DNA of 63,217 nt, filler included, from Trichodelitschia bisporula (lineage: Eukaryota): assembly GCA_010356995.1 (NCBI GenBank). It is 13 parts of 11 records of this genome, joined end to end, with 100 filler letters (N's around TTAATTAATTAA, not from the genome) between each part and the next. Parts side by side here need not be neighbours in the genome. Positions count along the whole stretch, not along the records: positions 47,722 to 48,860 come from ML996700.1; positions 48,961 to 51,247 come from ML996707.1; positions 51,348 to 58,960 come from ML996709.1; positions 59,061 to 60,420 come from ML996710.1; positions 60,521 to 61,794 come from ML996710.1; 8 more parts are not named here. The stretch is one strand, 5' to 3'. Position 1 is the first letter of the stretch. Every line of letters begins with the position of its first letter. The translations under genes and the position numbers were made by a program. The notes under the pieces are model-generated. The model saw only the letters and a program-made list of their open reading frames with translations, did no database searches and had not been told where the DNA came from. Shown in pieces: positions 48,205-61,159 of the stretch.

Positions 48205-48960
48205 CTGGACAGTATCAGTCGATTTGGATTCGATGTCTGTGGAGCTTTGGACGGGCCACGCGAACCGAACCTACCTTCTCGGCCAGTTACTGTTTGTCGC
48301 TCGGCAAGTCGACATTCTCGAGCGTAACATCCTCGCTGGAAGACGAGGCTCTGTCCCCGGATGACGAGATCTTCAGCCTCTTCGACAGCTGGATCAAATC
48401 GTCCGGCCCGAGCCTGTTTGACGCCATCCGCAGGGCTGTACAACTTTTGACGGAGCCGGCAATGCCGTCTTGAGTAAGGTGGTGATGGTGGAGCAACGGC
48501 TTTTGAGAAAGCTGCTAGCGAGGAGGGCTCCTGATTTTGCTCAGCCTCACTAGCTTCGCACTGTACGCGAATTGCGAGAGGCGGATCATAAAAAGGCATA
48601 CGTACTGGTGATGCAACTGCCTGATCCGATGATAGTAGGAGATGCTCTGTCCAAACAGCCAGGGAGGAAGGCCAGACGATGAGTGAAGCGTGCGTACCGG
48701 AATCGAGGGAGCGGAACATGAACCGGAGGGACATGAGAGCTTTACCCATCCTTATCGAAGGCCCTGCTTACATACCCATGCGCCTCTGCAGCCTACATAC
48801 ATAATGTATGGGGCCCTCCTGTCAGGGGCGTGCAAAAGTGTGGAAGTCACGATGGGTATGNNNNNNNNNNNNNNNNNNNNNNNNNNNNNNNNNNNNNNNN
48901 NNNNTTAATTAATTAANNNNNNNNNNNNNNNNNNNNNNNNNNNNNNNNNNNNNNNNNNNN

Positions 48961-51247
48961 CGAAAACGTTGTTGTCTGCTGTCAATGGTTGAAATCCAAT
49001 TTGGGCCAGGAAGCCGGTGAGTCGTTTTGCCCACTCGCGGGCTGATTGCTTGAGTCCGTACAGGCCTTTCTTGACTTTGCAGACAAGGTGCTCTAGGCCC
49101 TTCTGTTCGTAGCCAGTGGGTTGCTTCATGTAAATCTCGTCACTGATGTGCGAGTTCAGGAAAGCTGTGACGAAGTCGAGTTGAACGATGTCCAGGTCGT
49201 AAAATGCTGCGATGGCAAATATCGCCCGTACCGAACTTGCTCTGACAACTCCTGCATACGTCTGGTCGAAATCGATACCAAAATGTTGCATGAAGCCTTT
49301 CGCCACCCATCGTGCCTTGTACTTGAGGATCTCATTGTTGGCTCCGCGTTTGACTTTAAAAACCCATTTGCCGTCTAGGGTCGTGCGCCCTGGTGGCAGT
49401 TCGACGAATTCGAATGTCCCGTTCTTGACGTGGTGCTCGATTTCTTCGTCTGTCGCTCTTCTCCATTTCTTTGCGTCTGGCCTTTGCATTGCTTCGGCAT
49501 ATGTCTTCGGCTCTGCGTCGTTCATCCCTGGCTCGTCTTGAATGGCGTTGGACACGAGCGATGCGTGCTCCATGGCTTCATCGAGATGGGAATAGAAACT
49601 TGGGAAGGCGTGGCTGATCTCTTCGAGAATCGCTGTGTATAGCGTGTGGAAGTGCTCTTCAGGGGCTCCGGAAAGTGCGGTTGCTTTGCGTAAGCTGGCT
49701 GTGGCCTCCATGTTCTCGGGATCAGTTGAGGTTGCCAGTCCATACTCGTCTTCAAATCTGCGAGCTGGCTGCCCCCTGGTGTTGCGTGTTGACCGTCGTG
49801 GTTTCGAGGCTTGCGACTCCTGGATCTCTGTCTCTGGGTCTTGCGCTTCGTTTTCGATCATCGGCGGTGCAACGTGGATTACACTCAAGGTGCGGTCCCT
49901 GGTGTGTCGAGGTCTGCTTTCATCCTCCGTGGGGCCAGGCTCGTGCGGCTCATTTGGCTGATCTGGCTCGGTTGGCATATATGGCTCGGTTGGCTCGCGC
50001 AGCTCAATTGGCTCGTCGTTATGCTCTGATGCAGAACTCGGCTCGTGCGGTTCGTCCAACTCCCTCTCACGGGGTGAGTCTTGCTCGGTGACTGGAGTTT
50101 CGACTGGGGGTTCGGGTGCCTCGTGTCGCTCCGTCCTTCGGTCTCGTTGACCGGTTGCTGGTGGGGAATGCAGGTATGTGGGCTTGTGGATTTCCATCGA
50201 TGGCCATTCGCCTTGACCAAATTCGAGCTGATCATCATCGAATTGATGTCCGCTGTATGGAGCACAGCTCTCGTCGACTTCGAAGTTTCGTTCTTCGGTC
50301 ACCTGTCTTGTCCCTTCCTTCCAGACTTTGATGATGGATCCATTTGATCCATCTGCGAATCCTACGAATCTCCCTCTTAATCCGCGTGGTGTGACTTTCT
50401 CAGACTGGGCTCGATGGTCGTTCTGATAGTACACAACACTTCCGAAGATGAGAATTCTCGAGAGGTCCGGTTTTGTGCCGTAAATGACTTCGTAGGGCGT
50501 TTTGCCGTCGAGTCGTCGCGCCGGGCTTCGTTTCTTCAGTTCGGCTGCATATTGGATTGCAAGCGGCCAAAGGAATTGTGGAATGTTCTGGTCAGACAAC
50601 ATTGCAGTTGCCTTCATGTGAAGGTGGAATTGTGTTACCTCCGCGAGGCCATTCTGTTGTGGCGTGTCGCGGACCGTTGGGCGATGGGTAATTCCTTCTT
50701 CGCTCATCCAGCTTTGAAAATCGGTACTCATGAAGACGCCATCTCTGTCGGAGAAGATGTAGGCGATGGGACTTTTGCCCTGAGCTTTCCGACGTGCTTG
50801 GAGGAGTTTGACGTGGTGTCGTGCTTGGTCCTTTGTGCGGAAGAGCCCTACACTTGCGTCGGTGGTGTAGTCATCGGTCATCGATATGTATCCGCGACTG
50901 TGGACGAATCCTTCTGGCTTGATCTGCGGCACGAGGTCCAAATAAATGATTTCTCCCTCTCTTTCTGCGCGCTGTCTTTCGCCGAAGGGTCGTTTGCGAA
51001 GTTTGGAGCTTAGGCAGCACGTGCAGGTGGCGTAGTGGTAGCTGTCCAACTTCAATCCGGTGGTGTTCTGCATGAGCTGCTTTAGATGGGAGTATCCGAT
51101 GTGTCCCATTTTTCGATGTAGCTGCTCCGCTGACACTACCTTGGGCGACGATGGCTTGGTGGCCAATGTCATGTGCGGCACGATTGCCGTCTTGGGAGTT
51201 GCCATGCGAATGAGGATCATTCCGTCTTCTTCGAATGCCATAGCAAT
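48961..51247 (-). mobile_element. Ty1/copia pol (pre-integrase HHCC-type region, integrase, RT), uninterrupted ORF truncated by spacers
   Basis: LHRKMGH...CTCCL, YLDLV, SDRDGVF, PQQNGLAE, EPKTYAEAM, KWVFKVK, KARWVAKGF, QLDFVTAFLN, LYGLKQSAREW. Confidence 0.95.
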
Positions 51248-51347
51248 NNNNNNNNNNNNNNNNNNNNNNNNNNNNNNNNNNNNNNNNNNNNTTAATTAAT
51301 TAANNNNNNNNNNNNNNNNNNNNNNNNNNNNNNNNNNNNNNNNNNNN

Positions 51348-54300
51348 CCAAGGCAAGCTGGCCGAGGCGGAGGAGATGTACAGGCGGGCTCTGCAAGCCG
51401 TGGCCTTCTCGCCGGACTGCAAGCAGCCGGCATCGGCATCGCACGACCGGACGGTCAGGCTGTGGGACGCCGGCTCGGGAAGGGTGCTGCAGATGCTCGA
51501 GGGCCATTCGAGTTCGGTCAACCCCGTAGCCTTCTCGAGGGACGAAAATACAGTATTGCCTCAGAGTTTTCAAGTTGGTCCTTCCGACTCTGGCTACGGG
51601 TCAAGAACCCATGGAGCGTCAACGCAAGCGAAAGTCTTATCAAAGGCAGCTCTTGGAAGTGTAACTGAAACAAAAGAAGTGCCCCACGAATTCGGCAACT
51701 CTGAGTCGCAGTCCGACGAACTGGACAAGACGAGCGAGCCTACGCCGGGGTTAAATGAAGCAGAGACGGTTTACGACGCTGCATCACAATCTTCAACTTT
51801 GCCACCAGCGCAACATCAGGAATATGTCGACACAGCCAAAAGACTTGCTCGACAGTTTTTTCAACCGTTGATTTTGAAGCACTCCGATAGGCAGACTTCG
51901 AAGCGCGCCTTGGACATCTTTACGGAATTGCTTGAGCCCTTCGCACTGAAAGTTGGGTACAAGGCTCAATCCCAAATGCACCGCAACATCTCATTCTTTC
52001 TTCATCAATGTCGCCGGTGAGTCTACCAGGCAATAAGCCACCCACCCAAAGCTGAGCTACATTACAGGGATATCCGGATGAAATTGGAGGAGGAGTTTGA
52101 CATTCCGGACGAGGATGACACTTTACGGGATGATGGGTTTGTTGACCAAGAGGCGTTGGTAAAGCATTGGATTGATCGAGCACCCGACTGTACAGCTGCG
52201 CCTCCTGATACAGCTGAGCCGCCTCCTGAGGATCACTTCGACGGATTTTCTGAGGATCCTAACGACGAGTTTTCTGTCACTTTCCTCGATGGGCTGCCTG
52301 AAGACGAGGACGTCCACAGGCGCGAAATCAATGCCAGGCCAAATTCTGAAGATCTTGACAGTAAAATTCATGATCTCATCATGGCAACTCCAGCATACCA
52401 GTGGCTCATGGCAAGCCTGCGCAGAGAGTTAACCTTGACCCGATCTGATCCTGACATCATGGAGAGCATCAAGAAGTCCATCTTCGGCCGCTTCCCTTCC
52501 TCACGTACAGTCCGCAGAAAAGATCCTTCACAAGAGTATAAGGCTACTTTTGAGTTGGAATGGGACCCATTGCTCTTTGTCAGAGAACAGGGATACGCTG
52601 AAGGCCCCAGAGAAGCTATGAGGAGAGCCATAACTCTAACTGGTCGATCTGATGACGCTCAGGCTTTGACTACAGAGCGGTATCTTAGCCAGACGTGGCC
52701 AAACAACGGAGAAAAAGTTATGCAGCTAGTAGCGAATGTCGTGGAAAGTTCACCTGGTCAGATTATTACCGGTCAGTGGAAGTTATGTCATAGACGTGAT
52801 GTCATTGATTACTGAACATCTAGATACTCTGCCTGACGGGACAACGCTCTGTGCCCACATCGCCAACAATGAGACCTCAAGAGGCAAGTTTGTAGTGGCC
52901 GTCACCGGCACTGCCTACACTGTTGCGGAGATTGGACAGCAGTTTGCATGGATCGGCGCTGCTCTCCGTTCCTCGCCGTCTGGGTTAGGGATTTCGGTCT
53001 GCAGACCATTCATTCGAGCTTCCCTTCCCAATGACGCGTCCAGTCCGCTCCAGCCGTCCTCTCTGGAAATCACCTGTGTCATGGCTTTTGAGGTCGAGAA
53101 GCCGACCCAGGATGAATCACCTGGGCATTGCTGGCATGCCATGTTTCGAAACCCAGTCATGGTCGAAGGCTACCCAACATTGTCCAAGCACGAGAACAAG
53201 TTAGGCATTGAGATGCCTCTCGATATGATTGCAAAGATGACGGATGCGGACCGAGCGACGGAGTTCGAGTCGAAAACTTTTATCAAAGGCTTTTCAGCAA
53301 TGCTCATTGCAACAAGGATTACTAAAGACTTGATGCTTTGGCATTATCTGTACAACCGTACCGGGGAGCGGATCTCGTATCTTGACCATTCAATCAAGGT
53401 ATCCGACGAAATCAATTTGCACCAGCTGGATTCCATGCGACACGTGGTAGGGTGGTGCTCGGATTGTATGTACTATGCTGGTAAGTACAGTTTGGTAACT
53501 TGTAAGCCACATTCTAAGCGCCACATAGGAGCAGAAGACGCAGACTATGATACAGAGGCATCCGAACTTCCCCCTACCTCAGCCGGATGTGTGCTGGACA
53601 AGGTGACAATATCCGGAGGGAAGTTGTTTACCGCAGGTGCGACATTTTCGATCGGGGTGAAGGATCGCCCGCCTCACATTCCTCGCAACGGTCACGAATT
53701 GATCAACAATCTTCAATCGCTGGATACGAAGCACTTTGTTTTTTGGGATGATTCGACCAAGAGAGGCTGGCTTGTCAATGGCACCAGCGCGCTTCTTCAT
53801 CTGGTGCGTGCCCGGTTGAAACATATCAGCGAGGGCAAGTTTGCTCGTTCCTTGCTTTTTCGCCCAGAGAATATGGTCAATGCCGTTGACCCCCACAAGC
53901 ACAAGCCGCATTCTGCTATCGAAGTCCTCAGTAATAGGAAAAACATGCAACTGCGCATTTTTGTCGGAGATCATGAAGAAACTCAAGAGGAGGAATGGAA
54001 ATTGAAAGAGCCTGGGTCTGGGTCTGAGCCTGAACACTTTCGCACTGAGAAGAAGAAGATGACCTATTTCTCATTCGGCGATCTTGTGAAGCAACAGATC
54101 AGCATTCTTCATCAAATCATTGACCACCAAAAACGCCGGGCAGGAGAGAATGGGTGGAAGATCAAGATGCAACGGAGGGCTCGGCTCGAAGGCTGGGACT
54201 TCATCGATCTGACCAGCAACCGCGATCCGCGCCCACGAGTTGCCACTCTCGACGGCATGGTAGCTGGCTGGCCGGAACTCATTCGTTCTATCGGGGCAGT

Positions 54301-55126
54301 GGTGATTCTTGGTCGTGGATTTGGCAACTTGATTCGACCGGTACGGTCGCCCCGAATGTGTCCCCAATGGAGCTGTCTTCCGCCGGATCAGTACTACCTG
54401 GCTGTGAGTGTGCACGACCTGAGAAACATCATGAGCGATTTTGGTACTGGCCGAACAGATCCTCCTCAACCGGTTCATGGCCTTATTTGGCATTGCCCTT
54501 ACGATCTTATGACAGATTGTCAGGGTCAATGTCAAAGCCACGGCTCGCGGCGGCTAAAGGACAGGCCTTGCCAGTTCGTACAATATCTGTACCCCAATAG
54601 ATTCGATAAACGTGCGACTAATCGAGGACCGAAACAGGAAGAATTTGATGAAATTCAAGAGGGTGCTATCTTTTTTGGACGCACTACGTGGAAATGGCCA
54701 TCAAAGGAGGACGGAAAAGATGGCGTTACAATTGACGACGAAGCCCCGGCCATTGCCAGCCCGAGCTCAGAGTCATCAGCTGCTGGAGACTACCTTGCAG
54801 TCAATAGCCAAAGGTCTCGGAGCAGGCAAAGCACAGCGATGACATATCCTTCCGCGGGCTCAGAGGCCGATATTCCGCAGCCTCCGGAATCAACACGCTA
54901 CCTTGCAGTCGATAGCCAAAGATCTCGGAGCAGGCAAAGCACAGCGATAACATATCCTTCCGCGGGCTCAGAGGCCGATGTTCCGCAGCCTCCGGAATCA
55001 ACACACGTTGCATCAACCAATTTGAGCACTGGTCAGGCAGCTTCAGAGGAACTGGACAGACGTAAGAAGAGACTACTTAAGCAGGAAAAAAGGCGTTTGC
55101 CGAGGAGGTCGAAGGATGGGGTTTGA
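51348..55126 (+). CDS. Chimeric protein: TPR end, ~1.3 WD40 repeats, then ~1100-aa uncharacterised fungal region; 5' end in spacer
   Basis: QGKLAEAEEMYRRALQ|AVAFSPDCKQPASASHDRTVRLWD...GHSSSVNPVAFS; introns 52017-52067, 52772-52823, 53481-53528 all splice in frame; motifs PSDSGYGS, EIGQQFAWIGAALRSS, CWHAMFRNP, RGWLVNGTSALLHL, LEGWDF. Confidence 0.8.
54791..55006 (+). repeat. 108-bp (36-aa) tandem duplication in the C-terminus of the chimeric gene
   Basis: YLAVxSQRSRSRQSTAxTYPSAGSEADxPQPPEST twice. Confidence 0.93.
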
Positions 55127-56190
55127 GGCATTGACGCCAGGCTTGTTGGCGGAAGTGCACAATTTTTTTGTGAGAAAAGATTGATTGCTCTGCTTGTTGC
55201 CTTCTCTAGTTTACAGAATGAACAGTATATATGTCCGTGATGGTCTTCAAGGATTTTCCCGATTTGCATCGGACTTCGGCGTCGCCCATCTTTGCCGCTT
55301 CGGTGTTCGCCGTGCCAAGCCTGCCTTTTGGGTATGCTGGCACGCATTCATAGATCAGTTCTGTTCTAGATAATAGGAGACTAGATAGGAGACTGGATGA
55401 TAGACGACTACGGTATATCACCTGAGACCCTGCACATAGAGCCTGATTCTTGAGAGCCACCTCCACCCGCGCCACCTGTGCCACCTGCGTCATCCCCGCC
55501 ACCGCTTCAACTAGTCTTCCATTCTCCCACCACGGTTTCAAAACAACCCCACACTTAGTCCGCTAGCCGCCCCCACTCGGAGAATCGGAGTGCGGGGTAG
55601 CGCTTCCTGAGTCCCTGCAGACGCCCCCGCTAGATTAGGATACAACCCACCCAATACTCATGATACTTCACTTGCAGCCGGGCCAAACCGGGCCAGTTCT
55701 GGAGGGGAACCGGCAACAGGCCGAAGACGGGGCGATTTGAGGGAGGCGTGGTGGTTTAATGCGGAGGCAGGACGAGCACACGTTACTACCCATCCGAAAT
55801 CTCTCAGCGCGTCAGTAATTTACATTCCAATTGAATGAAATCTGGCCCTGGATCTGGCGGGAAGACGGAGAAAGGTATTAGCTTCCATTGATCACACATC
55901 ACCTTTCAACGGTCTGGACACCCATCCCTCGTATTCGTGTATTGACTTTGGCTTGATTAGAAAAGACTTTGGCATGGAAGAATGAGCATGTTCGCTAGAA
56001 TGACAAGAGCTTTCGAACCATTAGAGTCAAAACGGACAAAATAAAATTGAAAATAATAGCCTCCTGCTGAAGCCCGTGACGTAAGTTTGTCGACCAGGAA
56101 ACCCTCCTGCGCTATCAAGACGACCCCCCACCCGAGTCACCAAAGAAACGCGCATAACTCGAACAGGAGCCGGATTGCCCTGTCCACCGC

Positions 56191-57125
56191 CTATGACGAA
56201 TTGAATTTCCATCGCGAGTTAGCGTCACTGCGTTGGGGACAACTGCGCTTGTAGATGGCGAGATTCCCACGTTGGGAAATTTCTGGCCACATTCACAGGC
56301 AAACGGCTTTTCCCCGGTATGGGTGCGCTGGTGGTCAATCAAGGTGTCCGGCCGTGAAAAGGCCATGCCGCAGTTGGCAACGCTGCAAGGGTATGGCCTC
56401 TCCCCGGTGTGAGTGCGCTGATGCCGGGTCAAGCTTTTCGACCATGAATAATCACTCCCGCAGCCGGGAAACTGGCAAATGTACAGCGCCTCGGGGTAAG
56501 AAACGTCAACCATCTCGTCCGTCTCGGGATGGATATAGATGTCATGATGGCCAACAGCCTCGTCCGGGACGCAAAGCACCACCCTGAACGTATGCTTCTT
56601 CGCCCGTGAAGTCCGGCACTTTGTGCTCTGCGTCTGAGCTGCCTGGGCTTTGGCCGCTCGAGTTGTTGCTGATGTCGTGGTCGTTGCCGCTGCTGTCACC
56701 GCCCGAGCCCTTGCCGTTGCTGCCGACCGCCGCGCCTTTTCTCTGTGGGTGTCCCGAGGGCGTACACACTTATGCGCTGCGTCCACATGCCGAGCAAGTT
56801 GATCCCGCCGGCCGTATTTTTTGTTGCATCCTTCGTGCGTGCAAGGGTGGGCGAAGTTTCCCCGATGAGTCACTTCGTAGTCGCGGGCGTTCCACGGACG
56901 CGTATACGTCCTGGGGCATTACGAGCATTTGTATATCCCGGTCGACATGGCATCACAGTCTTTGGCCAGAGTATTAGCGGAGAGGATGAAAACCTGGGGG
57001 GGGGTATCAGATCCTGCCACGCTCTGCAAATATCTCCTTCGTGCAGCTTTTTCAAGGTAGGTCGCGTCGTGCTTTGGATCTTTGTGGGCTCTGGCTAGTT
57101 TTGATATGGGGGCTGATTCCAACAC
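56191..57125 (-). pseudogene. C2H2 zinc-finger transcription factor, disrupted
   Basis: Fingers with HTGERPY/HTGEKPF linkers; first finger YKCS*CPRTY...RDYEVTH (TAA, His>Tyr); last finger frameshifted (~56280) with His>Tyr. Confidence 0.8.
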
Positions 57126-57934
57126 CTACAATCCCCGAGCGGTGAGGTGTCACGGGACGGATGAAGGGAGGAGCGGCTGCTGGGGCGCCGTTCATCCATC
57201 ACGTCGACGCCTCCCCGCGCAAGCGAAGGGGTGCACTCGCATCATCAGGCGGGTACCCATTTCGATAACGGGGGAGCGCCGCCGCTCAAAGCACCCCTCG
57301 ACGGCGGATGAAGGGGGGAGCGGTTGCTGAGCGCGGTTCATCCATCACCCCCCACGCAAGCGAAGGGACGCATTCGCATTGCCGGGGTGGCGAACTCATT
57401 TTGTCAGACGAGGCGAGGCGTGTGCATCACCTTCATCTTCGGGTCTCCTATTATGGTCAACGTCAATGCAAATCCACCTTCAAGGTCAGCGTGGCGTTAT
57501 CCTGACAGAGGAATTGGGTGTGGGTCGCCGCTCAAACCATCTGATCAACACGGATGCGTCGGTTTATGCGCATTGCGGCACAGTCGGCACATGGAAGCAG
57601 GCGGCGATGTGTGCGTCCCATGAGGGAAGCGAGAGAGCAAGAGCCGGAGGAAGGAGTACGTCGCTGCGGAGCTAAGCTGTTGCGGCGGGCGGGGAAGGGA
57701 TGCGAAGGGAGAGGTGTGATAGGATAGGACTGAAAGTAAGGGGTAGGGAGGCGGGCGCGGCGTTGAAATTGAATGGCGGCGCAGGATGGGAGGCGATGTG
57801 AAGGGGAACCGGCGGCAGGTCGAAGACAGGAAGCAGGCCGGTGGTGATTTTATACGGAGGCAGGACGAGCACAAATTACTGGGGCCGCGGATATATGTTG
57901 GCGCGTCAGTAATGTACATTTCAATTGAAGGAAA

Positions 57935-58242
57935 TGTAGTGTGGTAATTTCCCTTGGTCAATTAATTGTGGGCGCAGCAACAAGCTGGAGAGAGAATCGT
58001 GAGTTGGATTGTATATAGATGATCTAGCTAGGTTATATTTCCCACCCTGAAGGGTGGGCGTTTGGCTGCCAAGCCGCTAAGCCTAAAGGGAAACTTCGAC
58101 CCATGGGCTGGACTTTGCCCAGCCAATCAGAGGCCAGACACGAAGTACCACCCGCGGGCGGTACCTCGTGTCTGCCTGAGAAACAAGGCACCACAATGAT
58201 TGGGGACTAATCCCAGGTCAGCTAGGCCAGCTTACAGCAACA
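57935..58242. mobile_element. Probable solo LTR (~308 bp) with an internal hairpin
   Basis: TGTAGTG...CAGCAACA with AAATG on both sides (overlapping the TG); homologous empty site at ~55750-55880; hairpin CAGACACGAAGTACC/GGTACCTCGTGTCTG at 58135-58174. Confidence 0.6.
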
Positions 58243-59060
58243 AAATGTGGCGCTGGATTCGGCGGCAAGACGGAGGAAAGTATTGGCTAGCAAGGATGAC
58301 AATGCATAAGCTAGTCCAGATTGAGCACTATCCTCACTGAGCTAAGGATATGGACCCAGGTCAGAGATAAGACGTTTTCGAATTCAAATCTAGCCGGCCA
58401 AGCATAGTGCAGTATTTTTGCGAGGATGATATGATGAGGTAATCCGTATTAAAGTTCTGCCGATGTCGGTGTCCTAATCGGGACCAACTTGGACATAGGT
58501 CTGAAAATACACCAGTCCCCGTCTGCTCACTGAAGTTAAGCTCCGAACCAGTTGACTAGTAGTTGCGTGGGTGGCCAGCAGCGAATCCCAACTGCTGTAT
58601 GTTTTTACCTTTTGCCTTTTTGCATCGTGAATGGGCGTTAGCGGCTATCCGAGGGACCGACGAAGAGGCCATCTAGACTCATCGTGGCCCTTTTGCCTGG
58701 GCGTCCTACGAACAGAGTCAGCCGGGACCTTTGTGGGTGGCCCTTGAGCATCAAGCAAGGCAAGACCTTTTTATCATTATTCAGATTACATTTCATTCCG
58801 TTGCCTAGGTATCAAAGCAAATACGACTCCCAACCCCTGAAAGAAACCGTTCTCTATGCTCGAAATGTTGGCGGAAGTGCTCAAAGAATTGTGTGAGAAA
58901 AGATTGATTGCCCAGCTTGTTGCCTTCTCTAGTTTACAGAATGAACAGTATATATCCGTGNNNNNNNNNNNNNNNNNNNNNNNNNNNNNNNNNNNNNNNN
59001 NNNNTTAATTAATTAANNNNNNNNNNNNNNNNNNNNNNNNNNNNNNNNNNNNNNNNNNNN

Positions 59061-60420
59061 GGGCATCCACAGAGGCTTTTGGCTTTGAAACTGCCTTTTT
59101 ACAAGACTTGCTGCCGGGGAAAATACCAGCGCACTGCAATATGTCTGTAAGGGGGCTAGTTCGATGGCTGACCGGTGATAGAGGACAAATCGTTTCATGT
59201 CATGAACAAACGCCGATAGTCGCGGACACCTCTGCGCCTAAACCAAGTATCAGCCAAGTATCCCCACTCTGCTTTACGTCCAGCTTACAGATATCATGGA
59301 CTCCAAAGACACGATGGCATGAAACCCTTCGGAAACCTTCTGCATCCATCCAAGCGCCTCAAGCCAATGAAGAAGATGCTCCTTCAGAAACTGATGAACT
59401 TCACCATCATCATTGAGCTGAGATCCACTCTTATGAAGATGCTGTATCCAGTAGAGGCATGCATACTGCTTCTCAGGATGGAGGGAGCCTTCAACCTTAT
59501 GACTGTCGACCTCGGTCTTGAGTACTCCAGGCCGACCTATTCCGAGCATGTCCTGCGTAAGGAACTCAGACATGACCTGTATGCATTTCGTGGCAAGGGC
59601 TTGATGCGCTTGCTTTTCATCGACCCAGAAACCTGTATCTCCGCTTCTCTTCGAGTCGAGGAGGAAGTCACGGAATGAAGGGTGGTGTAAACGGAGTGCG
59701 TCACCTCGTTCCTTTCGAATGTCCTTTGGAATATCCAAAATGGCGTGAAGATCACCCAATACCTGTCCCACATTCTGGCCGAGTAGCCTCCTCAAGGACG
59801 GGACGGAAAGTGAGTTGAACAGGATTACGATGCCTCCAAGCACTTCCTTCAATGTAGATCGCAGCTTTTCTGCATCATTGTCTTCATAGTCGGTAAGGGA
59901 TTGGCGAAGAACAGTCGCGTAGATGTCGTCGAGATGCTTCTCTGGCGCCTTCACACTACTATGGCTTTGGTCGAGGATCAAGCTTAGTCTCTCGAGAGCC
60001 AATGCTTTTCCCTGTCGAATAAAGCGGCATGCGGTTTCGGCCCAGATAAACAGGCCACTGGCATTCCGGACAAGAGAGTCGATGTCTTGCTCGCCTGGCC
60101 AATCTTTGTCAAAAGAGCGTCCCCGGGCTAGACGTTTGAGCTCGTGCCGTAGGAAGAAGCGGATATCATTGTCAACAGTCGATTTCTCAATTCTGTGGAG
60201 CACAAAGTCTAGGTGCTCGCTTGTTGGTATTTCGGATAACGGAGACCGGATTGACACTTCAGGTCTACTCGTTAAAAATAGCCGGAGCCGGGTTTTCTTC
60301 AGCGAGAGAAAGAGATCCAGAATTTCCCCTATGTCGTCCTCGCCCTCGCATTCGTCCAGGGCATCGACCACCAGGATATGCGGAGTAGGGGAGGCGTCAC
60401 CTTCGAGCTTCGACATGGGA
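59061..60420 (-). CDS. Second NACHT-WD40 NLR, close paralog/allele of 22299-24206, partial
   Basis: Collinear protein ([22 protein letters not shown]...[18 protein letters not shown]); same 51-nt intron (59288-59238). Confidence 0.92.
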
Positions 60421-60795
60421 NNNNNNNNNNNNNNNNNNNNNNNNNNNNNNNNNNNNNNNNNNNNTTAATTAATTAANNNNNNNNNNNNNNNNNNNNNNNN
60501 NNNNNNNNNNNNNNNNNNNNAAAGCAAATGCAGACCCGTACGCTCAATGCCGCCGCCGCCGGGGACAACTCCACGATCCGCGTCAGCATGGCCGCGATGA
60601 GTACCAGGAATTCCCTGACGTCGACGCGCGGGTGGTGGAAGAGGCGCGCAAACGCCCACGCCACGACGTGCTGGAGCTGAGCATCGATCAGCGTGAAAAG
60701 GCCGACGCTGCGGAGCGCGACGACCCCGCGTACTTCAGCCAGGGCCCGGGTGACGAGGGCGACCCGCCCATGCTCGCCGAGGCGCTGCAGGTACG

Positions 60796-60954
60796 TGTTA
60801 AGAGGGGATGTGTGATCAATGGAAATATCTCAGCATCATAAGTTGGATCAAAGGTCTGTCCATGAACAAAGTTGCTTAATTGTCAAAAAGATGGGGATCC
60901 CGAGTCTACTTATACTCGAGCCCTGTGGCTGAACACAGCCACCGCTTTCCAACA
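60796..60954 (-). mobile_element. LTR family A copy with short internal deletion (no TSD)
   Basis: TGTTAAGAGG...TTCCAACA; deletion between GGCTGAAC direct repeats; flanks GTACG/CCCAG. Confidence 0.9.
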
Positions 60955-61159
60955 CCCAGTCCAGTTTGTCCACGGTTTAGTCCATCAGCCAGTACACTCT
61001 CATCCGAAAACGAGGTACTGTTCCCATTCCAGTCCACCCACCATGTCGTAATCGCCGCTCCATCCTGTCCCCTCAACCCCGTTTCCCAAGCCAGACGCCT
61101 TCGCAGCGCGCCACGACCTTACGCGGCAGCACCTTCCAACGATCAAGCCCCTGCCGTTC

